Both the position numbers and the translations under genes were made by a program. This document shows, piece by piece, positions 1 through 13,130 of a stretch of 64,000 nt of DNA (position 1 is the stretch's first letter; every line of letters begins with the position of its first letter). The notes beneath the pieces are model-generated. The model was not told where the DNA came from, searched no databases, and worked only from the letters and a program-made list of their open reading frames with translations. This DNA comes from the human T2T-CHM13v2.0 reference genome, Homo sapiens, in NCBI GenBank assembly GCA_009914755.4, contig CP068257.2:25120001-25184000 (forward strand). Direction: 5' to 3'.

Positions 1-427
1 AAATTTGTTCCCTTGCTTCTTACCCAGCCTAGGGTAAAAAAGGAATCTATACTTGCACTGTAGTTCCAGAGCAGACTCAGGCCAGAACGTGAAGTTGCCC
101 ATCTCAGGACACCTCAGCTGGGAGGTGGAGGTTGTAATCACCCAAGGTGTTCTTCTTGTCCTCTGCACAGACAAGGCTGGCCAAGGCAGGAGAACTGGAG
201 TTATCACTCAAATCAGTCTCCCTGAAGAAGGCTGGAAATTTAATGTTTTTATGGACAATTTGGTGGGCAGGGGGCTAGGAAATGGATGCTGCTGACTGGT
301 TGGGGATGTGGAAAATGATCCTTGTGCACAAAGTGGGCCTCTGGGTGGGGCCATATGACAGGTGAGTCATGAGTTATGGGTCAGAGTGAAGTCAGCCTGA
401 AAAACATCCCAAAGGAAAGAACAACTG

Positions 428-726
<299 letters not shown>

Positions 727-779
727 TCTTAGGTTTGACAATAGTGATATTTTCTATAGAAGTAATTGGGGAAGTCACA

Positions 780-1400
780 GATCTTGTGACCTCTGGCTAC
801 GTGACTCCTGAGTAGTAAGAGATTATAGAAACCAGACCTTCATTTTAACAGATTTCAGCCCCCTCCCATAATCCTAACCTTGTTGCCTTTCATTAGTTTT
901 ATAACGGCAGTGTAGCCTGTTTTACCTGGATCATCCTTGCTTTAAGGTGTGAAAGGGGAGTAAATCTTTGGACCCTCGAATCACTAAGCTAAAGGGAAAG
1001 GTCAAGCTGGGAACTGCCAAGGGCAAACCGGCTCCCCATTCTATCCAGAGTCATCCCTCTGCTCACTGAGATAAATGCATATCTGATTGCCATCTTTGGA
1101 AAGGCTAATCAGAAAGTCAAAAGAAAGCAACCATTTGTCTCTCATCTACCTATGACCTGGAAGCCCCCTCCTCGCTTCCAGTTGTCCTGACTTTCTGGAC
1201 TGAATCAATGTTCATCTTACATATATTGATTGATGCCTCATGCCTCCCTAAAATGTATAAAACCAAGCTATGCCCAGACCACCTTGGGCACATGTCGTCA
1301 GGACATCCTGAGGCTATGTCACGGGCATGTGTCCTTAACTTCGGCAAAATAAACTTCCTAAATTGACTGAGAACTGTCTCTGATATTTGGGGTTCACAAA
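780..1400 (+). mobile_element. Candidate solo ERV-type LTR; family not recognised
   Basis: Non-Alu block with promoter/terminator-like LTR features: TATA-like TGTATAAAACCAAGC near 1255, poly(A)-signal-like AAAATAAACTTCC near 1347, and scattered retained CpGs (ACGGCAG, CTCGAATC, CACGGGCATG, CTTCGGC). Composition resembles MER/ERV1 LTRs. I cannot assign a family by eye. Confidence 0.25.
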
Positions 1401-2462
1401 GGTTAAACTATAAATTCCTCCTACAGTTAGTTTGGCCCATGCCCAGGAATGACCAAAAGCAGCTTGGAGGTCAGAAGCCAGAAGGAGTCAACTATGTCAG
1501 ATTTCTCTTACTGTCATAATTTTGCAAAGGCAGTTTCAAGGTCAAGATAGCAGGAACAGAAAGTGTTGACAACGATGTAAGCAGTACCAAATGTAGCAGC
1601 AATGAGGGCAGTGGTGGCCACATTCCCATGGCCTGGAAGAGAGAGGCTTAGAAGGAGAGCCAGTCATTCACCTGACACTTTCCAGTAGGAGCTCCCTAAC
1701 AAACTTGGTTTTGTTGCCAACAGTGGAACTGTCTGCAAGCTCTGTATTATACTTTTCCAGGCTGATGGACAATTTGAAATCTTAACTCACAGTATTGTTG
1801 TGAGAAAACAAGATATGATGTAAAAATTTCCAGCATATATTTAGAGCTCATTAAATACCATTTTTAGTTCAAATTGATGAAAAGAAACTTCCAGACTGGT
1901 ATCTACTTGATAAACCCAAAATATTTTTGAAGTTGAGATCATTGAACTGACGAAAATCTTTTCACTTAAAATAAGATTCAGACAAATTCAGACAGCCAAA
2001 GCAATCTGCACAGTTTTTTTTTTTTAAACTCTAAGTTCTCTGCTTCCTTCATGATTTGCATGTGACTGGAAATTGATTGAGAGATATGACAAAGCACATA
2101 TAAGTGAAAATTTTGGGGGGTCTTTTTTCTATTGAGTGGGTAAGAGAGAGATGTGTTGGTGGGTTGGTCCATTAGAATTAAATTTGGATCTTGGGAGGCC
2201 AAACAGATTTGCTGTAGACATTGATCTAGAGCTACCCATTAGCAAGTATAATTCAAAGACTGAATTGAATCTTATTAAAAGAGATAAGGCAGAATAGTCA
2301 AGGCATACTAACAAAAATGAGGTATGGGTTGTGACCAATGGCCAAAAAGAGTTGAGAGCTAAATGGAACATAATCCAATGGAAAAACAGTAAAACCATCC
2401 AGGTAAAACAGGCTTCGTGGGTGTACACCCTTTGTGGGGCAAGGCTCTGTGTTGTACAGGGC

Positions 2463-2468
<6 letters not shown>

Positions 2469-2499
<31 letters not shown>
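2469..2499. repeat. (CA)n microsatellite, about 15 units
   Basis: CACACACACA... run, direct inspection. Confidence 0.97.
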
Positions 2500-2501
<2 letters not shown>

Positions 2502-3143
2502 CCTCATACTTGGTTTAATTTTCTGCTGTCATCTTGGAATTTTTAATATTTTTAAAATAAGGGACTTCTTGTTTTCATTTTGCACCGGGTCCCACAAATT
2601 TTGTAGCCAGTCCTGCTTTAGGGGCCCTGCTTTAGGGTATTTTGTAAAGGTGAGGGATTAGAAAAGGAGTCTTCTAGCAGGATGGCTTCAGGGGCTCTAG
2701 GGTAAAGGACAGAGCCCTGTGGGGCACTGGTTACAGGTAAATGGGCCAGTTAACCTTGAGTAACCTGCTACTAAGTCTTCAGGGTCCATGTTTACCAACT
2801 GGAAAATTTTCGGTCTAATAATTATACCTGTACTTTTTTTTTTTTTAACTGCTGGTACCATTAAGTTGAATAGTTCCTTGAAAAGTTTTTACCATCATTC
2901 TTTTTCCAGCCTCCCAGAAATCATTTGTGATTCTGCTTATTATTAGTCTTCTTATCACGTTGCCAGATTAATTAAGTTAAAGGGAAGAGCGGTGGGCATT
3001 TTAAAGGGGAAATCTGTTTAAATACACACAAACACAAACACACACACAGTTTGTGTTAATATCCTAGAAACAGATTCTATTGCTTTTGGTGTGACATACA
3101 GAGTGAAGTCTCATTAATACGTGACGCATCACTCTGTGTGTAG

Positions 3144-3498
<355 letters not shown>

Positions 3499-4028
3499 TA
3501 AAACTTGCTTCTTAGGTACATTTTTTAAACATGGTTTCCAGAGGTGTTGACATTAGCTGCCAAAGAGTGAAAAACAATATCCAGTATCAAGAATAAAAAC
3601 AAATGAAATACACAGGCGTACCTATTTATTCCTTTACTATATAGACAGCTTCAGATGGCACTTCAGTCGTACAGGTTGAGTATCCCTTTTCCAGAATGCA
3701 TAGGACAAGAAGTGTTTTAGATTTTGGATTTTTTCAGATTTTTGAATATTTGTGTATACATAATGAGGTATCTTAGGGACGGGACTCAAGTCTAAACACA
3801 AAATTCATTTATGTTTCATAGACACTCTCAACACATAGCCTGAAGGCAATTTTATACCATATTTTAAATAATTGTATGTGTGAAACAAAGTTCGTGTAAT
3901 TGAACCATCAGAAAGCAAATGTGTCACTATCTTATATCGGTGCCTAACAGGTTTGAATTTTGGAACATTTCAAATTTTTGGATTAAGGATACTGTACACA
4001 GTTTATTTTGAAATTTGTAAATAGTGGT

Positions 4029-4302
<274 letters not shown>

Positions 4303-4342
4303 TTACATTACCGTTTTGTCAAAGGTCTTTTTCTGGTCGCTA

Positions 4343-4359
4343 TCTCTCTCTCTTTCTCT

Positions 4360-4408
<49 letters not shown>

Positions 4409-4433
4409 ACACACACACACACATTCTCGTAGC
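4343..4433. repeat. Compound microsatellite (CT)n-(CA)n, CA part about 36 units
   Basis: TCTCTCTCTCTTTCTCTG followed by an uninterrupted ACAC run with a single AT interruption. Confidence 0.97.
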
Positions 4434-5842
4434 CTCACATGCATACATTTATAGTTCACCTTCTCTTCTCTCTACCATGTTCTCTTTACCAGGCTAAGCC
4501 AGCAATGGAAAAATAATAGGAACGAGTGGCCCTTCAGCAAGAACCCATGAAGACCAGCCTATGTTTTCCATTTTGGGCCAGGAAGTAGCAGGAGACTTAC
4601 ATCCTGTGCTGTTAATATCAGATCCTCTCGGTGGTGCTTGCTCGCCATCCTGGAGCCGTGGAAGTGGGTAGTTTGCAATGCACCACGCCATTGTATACAC
4701 CCTTTCCTTCTAATCATCCCAGCCAGTGAGGTGACCTGAATCGGCCTCCTGGGACCAAGCAAGGGTGGATTATCTATGTGGTCAGATTTCGTGCCTTCAT
4801 AACTACAAACTTACTGGGACTCCTTACCTCACCTAATTATTTAAAAAAAAAGTCAACAAATAAATATTTTGCCTATTATGCTATTTAGTAGAAGAGAGAC
4901 AAAAGATTCACTCGGATTAGATTTTTTTTAAGCCTATCAAAACCACCAACACAAAACAAAAGCAACATGCCCCAACCAGATTCACAATGAAACACACAGT
5001 AGTTATTTTAGTCAGTAAGATTCAAAAGTGGTGCCTGAATTCTTTAGAGAATCTATGGATGATCTCCATGGCTCCCCACCCTTAGGGGAATGAGCTCTCT
5101 GTAGACAGTAAGGAGGTTGGGAGCAACCCTCATAGTGCAGGTGTTTCTGACTCATCATAGCAACAGACAACCTACAACGCTAAAGTTGTCTAAGATAAGA
5201 TTGTTAATATATTTCTTGCCCTAAAGAGTCTGTTGAGGTGAAATCAGTGCTCAGTCATCACAAAGAGCATAGATATATCTCTCCAAATGACCGTGAAGTA
5301 ACATTTCATGAGGTAGCCAATATTATCTCGTCAAAACCAGCAGCGTCTTCATTCTTCCCTCTCCGTTTATGTACTCTTTTACCCACTCTCTTCTCATCTC
5401 CAACCGGTTTGATTTTAAACTCAGAGACTGAATGATCAGCTGACTAGACCCATAACAGGAAGTCCATCATTGCAATAATGTAATAACAAATTATCAAGAA
5501 TCACAAAAGACATCAGAGTAATAAAATGGAAAGGGCATTCATTTTGGCACTCAGGATAATTTTGGAAACATTCTGGTGAATTACAAACTTTATTTTATTC
5601 TTAGAACGCAACCAGATTGAAGATTTTAGTAATGTAGCAAGCAGCCATATGTCTTCATGGCTATCCAAATTTTGAATAAATCTTCCTGGCACCTATTATG
5701 ATATTTAGATATCCGAAGTTGTTGATATTTAGATTTTAGATGTTTCCAATATTTGGTCATATTAAACATTAAACAGTTTAAAATTTTCTCCTTATCATAT
5801 CAGAACTACCATTCTAAAAACCTGACCGTGAATAGATGGTAG

Positions 5843-6214
<372 letters not shown>

Positions 6215-6552
6215 TATTTTAAATTTTTTCTTGATACGTAATAGTTGTACATATTCTGGAAGTAGATGTGATATTTTGATACATGTATACAATGTGTAAT
6301 GATCAAATCAGGGTATTTGGGATATTCACCTCAAACATTTATCTTTTCTTTGTGTTGGGAACATTGCAGTTCTTCTCTTGCAATTATTTTGAAATATACA
6401 ATAAATTATTGTTAACTATAATTTCCCTACTGCACTATTGAATACTAGAACATATTCCTTCTAACTACAGTTTTGGTTAAAGGGTACAAAAACACACACG
6501 TATATTATAGTATGTATATGATATATAGCAATATATTATATATATAAAATGT

Positions 6553-6947
6553 ATTTTTTGTGACCCATGATCTGACACGTGATCTCTGTCTGTAGAACAG
6601 AATACTAGAAATTGGAACCAACCTAGAAAACTATAGATATACATTTTATATATATGTGCAATGTATTTTATATATAAATAAATTATATAAATATATAATT
6701 TATATATGCATTATATATGCAATATATAATTATTATATAATGTATATATAGTACATATATGTATATATTATGCAAACTATAGATATTACATTATGTATAT
6801 TATATATGTTGCATTTTACATATAAAATATATGTTTTTCATATATATATATATAATGCAACATCTATAGTTTTCTAGGTTGGTTCCATTTTTTAGTATTC
6901 TGTTCTACAGACAAAGATCATGTGTCAGATCATGGGTCACAAAAATT
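6553..6947. repeat. Large AT-rich near-perfect palindrome: two inverted arms of about 88 bp (6553-6640 and 6862-6947, about 94 percent identical as reverse complements) flanking a roughly 220 bp TA-rich spacer
   Basis: Left arm is TTTGTGACCCATGATCTGACACGTGATCTCTGTCTGTAGAACAGAATACTAGAAATTGGAACCAACCTAGAAAACTATAGAT. Right arm is ATCTATAGTTTTCTAGGTTGGTTCCATTTTTTAGTATTCTGTTCTACAGACAAAGATCATGTGTCAGATCATGGGTCACAAA, which is its reverse complement apart from about 5 substitutions, including a CpG to TpG change. Confidence 0.85.
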
Positions 6948-7117
6948 TATTCAGAAAACATATTCTTTCAAGCCTCCTAGGTCAAGCTCAGCCTTTAGGG
7001 TGTGAAGGTCTGGGATCAGGCCCTGGTCTAACTTCTCTAATGGACTTGCTGTATAGTTCCTAGCAGTTACTTAAGTTCAGGGCTTCAGTTTTATTCTAAC
7101 ATTTCAAAGATAAGGAC

Positions 7118-7437
7118 GGGCTAGGTGCAGTGGCTCACACCTGTAATCCCAAGGCTTTGGGAAGCCAAAACTGGAATATTGCTTGAGGCTGGGAGTTCAA
7201 GACCAGCCTGGGCAACATAGCTAGACCCCATTTCTATTTAAAAATAAAAACTATTAAAAATTTCCCGGGTGTGGTGCATGCTCCTCTAGTCTTAGCTACG
7301 TAGGAGGCTGAGGCAAGAACATCACCTGAGCCCAGAAGTTTGAGGTTACAGTGAGCCATGATCGAGCCACTACATTTCAGCCTAGGTAACAGAACAAGAC
7401 CCTGTCTCTCTCTAAAAAAATAAAAATAAAAAAAAAG
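7118..7437 (+). mobile_element. Alu SINE, sense, old (diverged, most CpGs lost), with an enlarged A-rich middle linker
   Basis: GGGCTAGGTGCAGTGGCTCACACCTGTAATCCCAAGGCTTTGGGAAGCC ... CCCGGGTGTGGTGCATGCTCC ... GTGAGCCATGATCGAGCCACTACATTTCAGCCTAGGTAACAGAACAAGACCCTGTCTC plus A-rich tail. Confidence 0.9.
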
Positions 7438-8492
7438 ATGTACACTTAGCTTATGCACTTCACAGGATTATTCTGAGAAACAATGGAAAAACTCTAAGTG
7501 AAAGCACTTTGGAATCCGTGATCATTTCACAAGTGTTTGTTTCTTTGTCCACATTTGTATCTATCATTTAGAGGGTGAGAGTGGTTGAATTCAAATAATT
7601 GTTCGGTGGAGTATTTGTTTTTCATGTGTTTTTCATTTGTTTTTCATAATGTTAATGTGATGCAGAGCGAAAAGTAAAGAAGGGTCATTCTAATCACAGG
7701 TTCAAAATAATTTCTGAAAAGACAAAGATTCTATTTTAAACATTTAATAATGCATTGCAGATGCCTAGTAAATGTTAGCCAATTTTTAAATTTTTATAGA
7801 ATAATCGCATATCTAAAATTTAGGTTAATAAAGACAGTTTTAAAAAATGTGTTTCACCGTGACAGATCAAACACAAGGGGGCGTCTTCTACATTTGTTTT
7901 AAAAGATTTCCTGATGCAGTCCACATACAAAATGGTTTTCATTCGAATTGCATGTGACAGAGCATACTTACTAAAATTTATTAGTTCCAAATATTACATT
8001 CTCTACACATGACAATTTTCACATTTGATGCATAAAATACTCTCCAGAGTGAGTTTATAACTCCGTTTTGGCTTAAAAATAATCATATTTTGTGACTTAA
8101 ACTTAGAAAATTCTAACAAAAAGAATAACATTTACTAGACAGTACGTAAATACTCTGAATTTTAAGGCTTTAAAAAAATAAATCTACCCAAAACTTTAAA
8201 ATGTCTCTCTCTCATCTATCCCTTTTCCCTATTTTGCCCAGCTATTGTGCAAACCCTAGTTGTCTTGACAGGTTCAGAGGACACACAGTTTGACTTAAGA
8301 AATGACCAAGGCCTTGGAAGGGGAAATATACAATCACAATCCTCTTAGGTATGGGGTATGTAAGGAGCAAGTTTTTAGAAAACACACAAAGGTTGAGTTG
8401 TATTAAAAAAAAAAACATAGGCTTATCTTCTGCCTTTCATCTGGAACTTTGGGATGGATAGAAGTAAACATTTAATCAGAGAAAGATAAAGT

Positions 8493-8543
8493 GTGTGTGT
8501 CTGTGTATGTGTGTGCGTGTGTATGTGTGCGTGAACCCACATG
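8493..8543. repeat. Imperfect (GT)n microsatellite
   Basis: GTGTGTGTGTCTGTGTATGTGTGTGCGTGTGTATGTGTGCGTG. Confidence 0.9.
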
Positions 8544-8641
8544 CGAGAGTAGTGTCGGTGGTAAGTGCTATGAAATGAAGGTCAATGAGACAGGGCTTGT
8601 GAATTAAGGCCTTTGTTAAGGAAGTTAAGAAAGGCCTTTCT

Positions 8642-9111
<470 letters not shown>

Positions 9112-9599
9112 TCAGGGAGCTGATTAGGTAGGGGCTTGTGGTTTTTTGTAAGGACTTGGCCTTCACTCTGCATAAAATAAAAAGGAAAAACAGAACCTAA
9201 TGAATGGTTTTGAGGAGATTATTGACTTGATCTGACATTTGCTTTTTAAGGTACTGTTGGTCCTTTGCATCTACTAGGTTCGTATCCATGGATTTAGCTA
9301 ACTGCAGATAAAAATATATGAAAAAATCCAATAAAAATAACAACATACTAGTACAAAATTATAGAAATAAAACCAATAAAACTTAACAACTATTTGAATA
9401 GCATTTACATTGTATTAAATATTATAAGTAATCTAAAGATGATTTAAAGTATGAGGGGATGTCTCATAACAAATACTACGATTTTGTATAAGGGACTTCA
9501 GCATCTTTGGATTTTGGTATGGGAGGAGAGTTCTGAATGCTGAGGGAAGACAGTATTATTTCAGATCAAGTGCAGTGAATTGATTCCACGAAGATGAAA

Positions 9600-10240
9600 C
9601 CCATTAAAACACTATTCCAAAGTTGCAGGTAAGGAATGATGGTGACTTAGACCAGATTAGTAGCAGTGGAGGTGATGAGAAGGAATTTGAATTCTGGATA
9701 GAGTCAAAAGGGCTTGTTGATAGATTAGATGTAGAAAGTGAGAAAAGTAGAGGAGTCAAGAATGACTCCAATGTATTAGTCCCAAGCAACTGGAAAATGT
9801 AACTGCCATTCACACAAATGTGGAAGACTGTGGGAGAAACAGATTTGAAAGGGAAGATAAGGACTTTGGTTTTTATGAAATGGCTAGTAGGCATTCAAGC
9901 AGAGATATTAAATAGACAAATAAACATATGAGTTGGGAGTTTGAGGATGAGGCCAAGCCTAGAGATTTAAAAAAGGACTCAATTATGTAAAGAATGAATT
10001 TACAGTCATTAGGCTGGATAAAGTCCTCCAGGATATCAGGACAGGAACAACAACAAAAAGGTCTTAGTGCTTGAAAGATTAAGAGTCCTGCAAAGAACAC
10101 TAAAAATAATGGATCATTGAGATAAGAGAAGAATATTTTAAAAAGTATCCCAGAGACAAAGTGACAAACGTAGTTCAAGGAGAACATAATAATAAGTGAA
10201 AGAAAATGTGTCGGATTAGTCAAGTAGGATGAAGACTTAA
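9600..10240. mobile_element. Probable ancient (mammalian-wide) interspersed repeat; family not identified. A related stretch lies at about 31440-31900.
   Basis: The word style is typical of old LINE/MER-type repeats: GTGGAGGTGATGAGAAGGAATTTGAATTCTGGATAGAGTCAAAAGGGCTTGTTGATAGATTAGATGTAGAAAGTGAGAAAAGTAGAGGAGTCAAGAATGACTCCAATGT ... GGAAGACTGTGGGAGAAACAGATTTGAAAGGGAAGATAAGGACTTTGGTTTTTATGAAATGGCTAGTAGGCATTCAAGCAGAGATATTAAATAGACAAATAAACATATGAGTTGGGAGTTTGAGGATGAGGCCAAGCCTAGAGATTT. At 31440-31900 compare GGTGGCAATAGAAGTTGTAACAGTGATTAGGATAGGGAATTCTTTGAAAGTAGATACCGTAAGATTTACTGATGATCTGAAGTATGAAGATATGAATGAAATGTGAGAAACAGAGAGGAGTAC. Confidence 0.3.
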
Positions 10241-10549
10241 AACTTGGGGATCAGTGATGAACTCTTCCAGAACAGTTCTGGAGTTGTAATGTGAGAAAAG
10301 TCAATTATAGTGGGTTCACAGGAGTGCAAGAGTTCTTTTAACAGAAACATAGTAGACCAAATATCCTGAAAAAGTCTTCAAATGACCTAAAACATTGATA
10401 AAATATGAGATATGACAAACATTTTAAAAATTTTATGGTGGACTGACAAGAAAGTAAGAGTTTTCTTGAGAGCCAACAATTTTTTAAAAAATTGAATCAG
10501 AGGTAAGTGCTGAAGACAATAGCTGTCTTGGAAGCATTTACTTGGTGGT

Positions 10550-10680
10550 TTTTCTTTCTTTCTTTTTTTTTTTTTTTTTGAGATGGATTCTTGCTCTGTC
10601 GCCCAGACTGGAGTGCAGAGGCATAATCTCAGCTCACTGCAACCTCCGCCTCCCGGGTTCAAGTGATTCTTCTGCCTCTG
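10550..10680 (-). mobile_element. Partial Alu (3' portion only, about 115 bp), antisense
   Basis: T-run then GAGATGGATTCTTGCTCTGTCGCCCAGACTGGAGTGCAGAGGCATAATCTCAGCTCACTGCAACCTCCGCCTCCCGGGTTCAAGTGATTCTTCTGCCTC then non-Alu sequence. Confidence 0.85.
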
Positions 10681-11120
10681 CATGTAACTAATAATATAAC
10701 ACTGCAAAAATAATTTGACAAATCCACTCTTATTTTGAGAGTTCTTTTTTTTTTAACAAAAAAGTCAATAGGGATGTGGAAGATTTGAACAGTTAAGAAC
10801 CTTGAGCTAGTCAACATATACATTGAACACCGTACCCAATGGTTAAATCATATATGTTTATTTTCTAAAATACATTTGTAAAAATTGACCTTATATGAGA
10901 ACATGAAGACGTTTTCAACAAATTTTAAGGATTTGATTTTTTACACACCCACATTTTTTAACTATAATGCTGTTAAGTTAGATATTGATAAGAAAAATAT
11001 TAATAATTAGCTTGTATGGTTAAAGTTTAAAAACCAACTCTTGTGTCAAGAAAAAAATTATAGGATAAAATAGAAAATGCTTAAAACTCAATAATAATAA
11101 AAACGTTACACATGTGCTAA

Positions 11121-11175
11121 ATAGTGAAACGAATGAAACAAGTGAAACAAATGAAACAAGTGAAACAAAGTGAGA
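11121..11175. repeat. Short tandem repeat, about 5 to 6 copies of a 9-mer GAAACAAGT / GAAACGAAT
   Basis: GTGAAACGAATGAAACAAGTGAAACAAATGAAACAAGTGAAACAAAGTGAGAA. Confidence 0.85.
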
Positions 11176-11954
11176 ACTGTTCATACAAGGTAATGTGTAG
11201 CCTTAGATGCTTAGAAAAATAAATGAGTAAACCAAACATTCAGTTACAAAATTACTCTGAGTTTCTCAACAGGTGTGTTATTGGTCTTTGGGGAAAAACA
11301 ATTCTTTGTTGAGCAGGAATGTCCTACGCATTACAGGATAAATACCACCCTAGGCTTCACCCGCCTAATGCATATTGCACTCCAGGGTTATTGTGAAAAG
11401 ATAAAATACCTGCACACATTTTTAAATTCTACCAAGTAGGTGATGCTACCTCCAGTTGAGAACCACTGAATTAGACAAAGAACAAAAGACTAAACCCAGA
11501 GACAGACATGTGAGATAAGAGCAAAAATAAAAAAGAGTGAAAATTAATGCACAAAAATGATAAATTACAGGGGTCCAAAAACCAAAAGTTGTTTCTGGAA
11601 AAGTACTACTAGTAAAATTAGTATGAAAATTTGATCAAAAGAGATTTTTTAAAAAGAAATCAATATAAAAAGCAAAGCAGTCTACATAACTGTAGACTCA
11701 GTAGAGATTCAAAAAATAATAAAATGATACTATGAATAGTGTAATGCCACTAAATTTGAAAAGATAAAATAAAATATATATATAAATATACATATGTACA
11801 TACATATGTATCTCATATATATAAAATATGTGTGTATGTGTCTTTATAGTCAGGAGGAAATAGAAGATACAAATGTTCCTAAACCAATTTGAAAAGTTGA
11901 ATTTGTATTTTTAAACTTTCTTACCAATAAATAATTTGCCCAGACTATTTTTAG

Positions 11955-12280
<326 letters not shown>

Positions 12281-12489
12281 ACATATATAATTTATATGCA
12301 ATTTCCAAGAGGTCTGAACAATAAGAACATCTCTCCAACTCACTTTATGGAGCTGGCATGATCTCAGTAACAAAACCAGAAAAGCATAAATGTGAGAAAT
12401 TAAATTATAGGCCAATTTACCCGTGACTGTTATGGCAAAAATCCTGAATAGAATATTGGCAAACCAGGCTGACAAAGTAAATAAGCAAA

Positions 12490-12990
12490 TATATCACAGT
12501 GTTGAGTTTAACCTAGCCGTGCAAGATTGGTTTACGATTAGAGAATGAAAGCATATATATAAAACCATATTAACAGGTAGGGAAAGGTATGTTATTGTCT
12601 CCATAGACATAGAAAATAGTATTTAATAAATTTGACATCCATTTATGATAAAATTACATAAGTACATCATAAGCTGGGAGTAGAAGAAAATCTCTTTCAC
12701 CGTTTAAAGATTATCTATAAAATGTTACAAACATTAATCGTGAAACATTAAAAGTGTTCCCTTTAAATTTGGACCAACACAAGGAAATTCACTACCATTT
12801 TATCTACCTAGTACTGTAATAAATGACTTAGCCAGTGAATATACCTGGAAAACTTATAAGTCATAAGGATTGGTAAGGAAAGCATAAAGTTGCCAGTATC
12901 TGTGCTTTTTATGGTTGTTGATAGCTATATGCACAAACAGATCACCAAAAAGAGAACTTAACGAATATGCGGGAGATGACACCAATACAA
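12490..12990 (+). mobile_element. Ancient L1 (L1M-like) fragment, sense, reverse-transcriptase region of ORF2, heavily decayed
   Basis: Conceptual similarity to L1 ORF2 DNA in three stretches. TTGACATCCATTTATGATAAAA resembles TTCAACATCCATTCATGATAAAAAC (PFMIKT). AAGCTGGGAGTAGAAGAAAATCTCTTTCACCGTTTAAAGATTATCTATAAAA resembles AAACTAGGTATTGATGGGACGTATCTCAAAATAATAAGAGCTATCTATGACAAA (KLGIDGTYLKIIRAIYDK). AAAAGTGTTCCCTTTAAATTTGGAACCAACACAAGGAAATTCACTACCATTTTATC resembles GAAGCATTCCCTTTGAAAACCGGCACAAGACAGGGATGCCCTCTCTCACCGCTCC. Boundaries are approximate. Confidence 0.5.
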
Positions 12991-13059
12991 AATTAATGTT
13001 GCTAACTAACAGGTAGGAAATGAAAATACAAAAAATAAAAGCTACTATTTCCCTTATAT

Positions 13060-13130
13060 CTATATCTGTAAATATAATATCTATCTATATCTATCTATCA
13101 TCTATCTCTATCTAAATTTAGATCTATTAG
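13060..13130. repeat. (TATC)n-like simple repeat, imperfect
   Basis: ATATCTATATCTGTAAATATAATATCTATCTATATCTATCTATCATCTATCTCTATCT. Confidence 0.85.

Noticed and set aside
11121-11175. Regularly spaced 9-mer direct repeats, considered as a possible CRISPR-like array
   Set aside because: The units are contiguous (GAAACAAGT tandem copies) with no unique spacers, the total length is only about 55 bp, and the surrounding sequence is eukaryotic. This is a simple tandem repeat.
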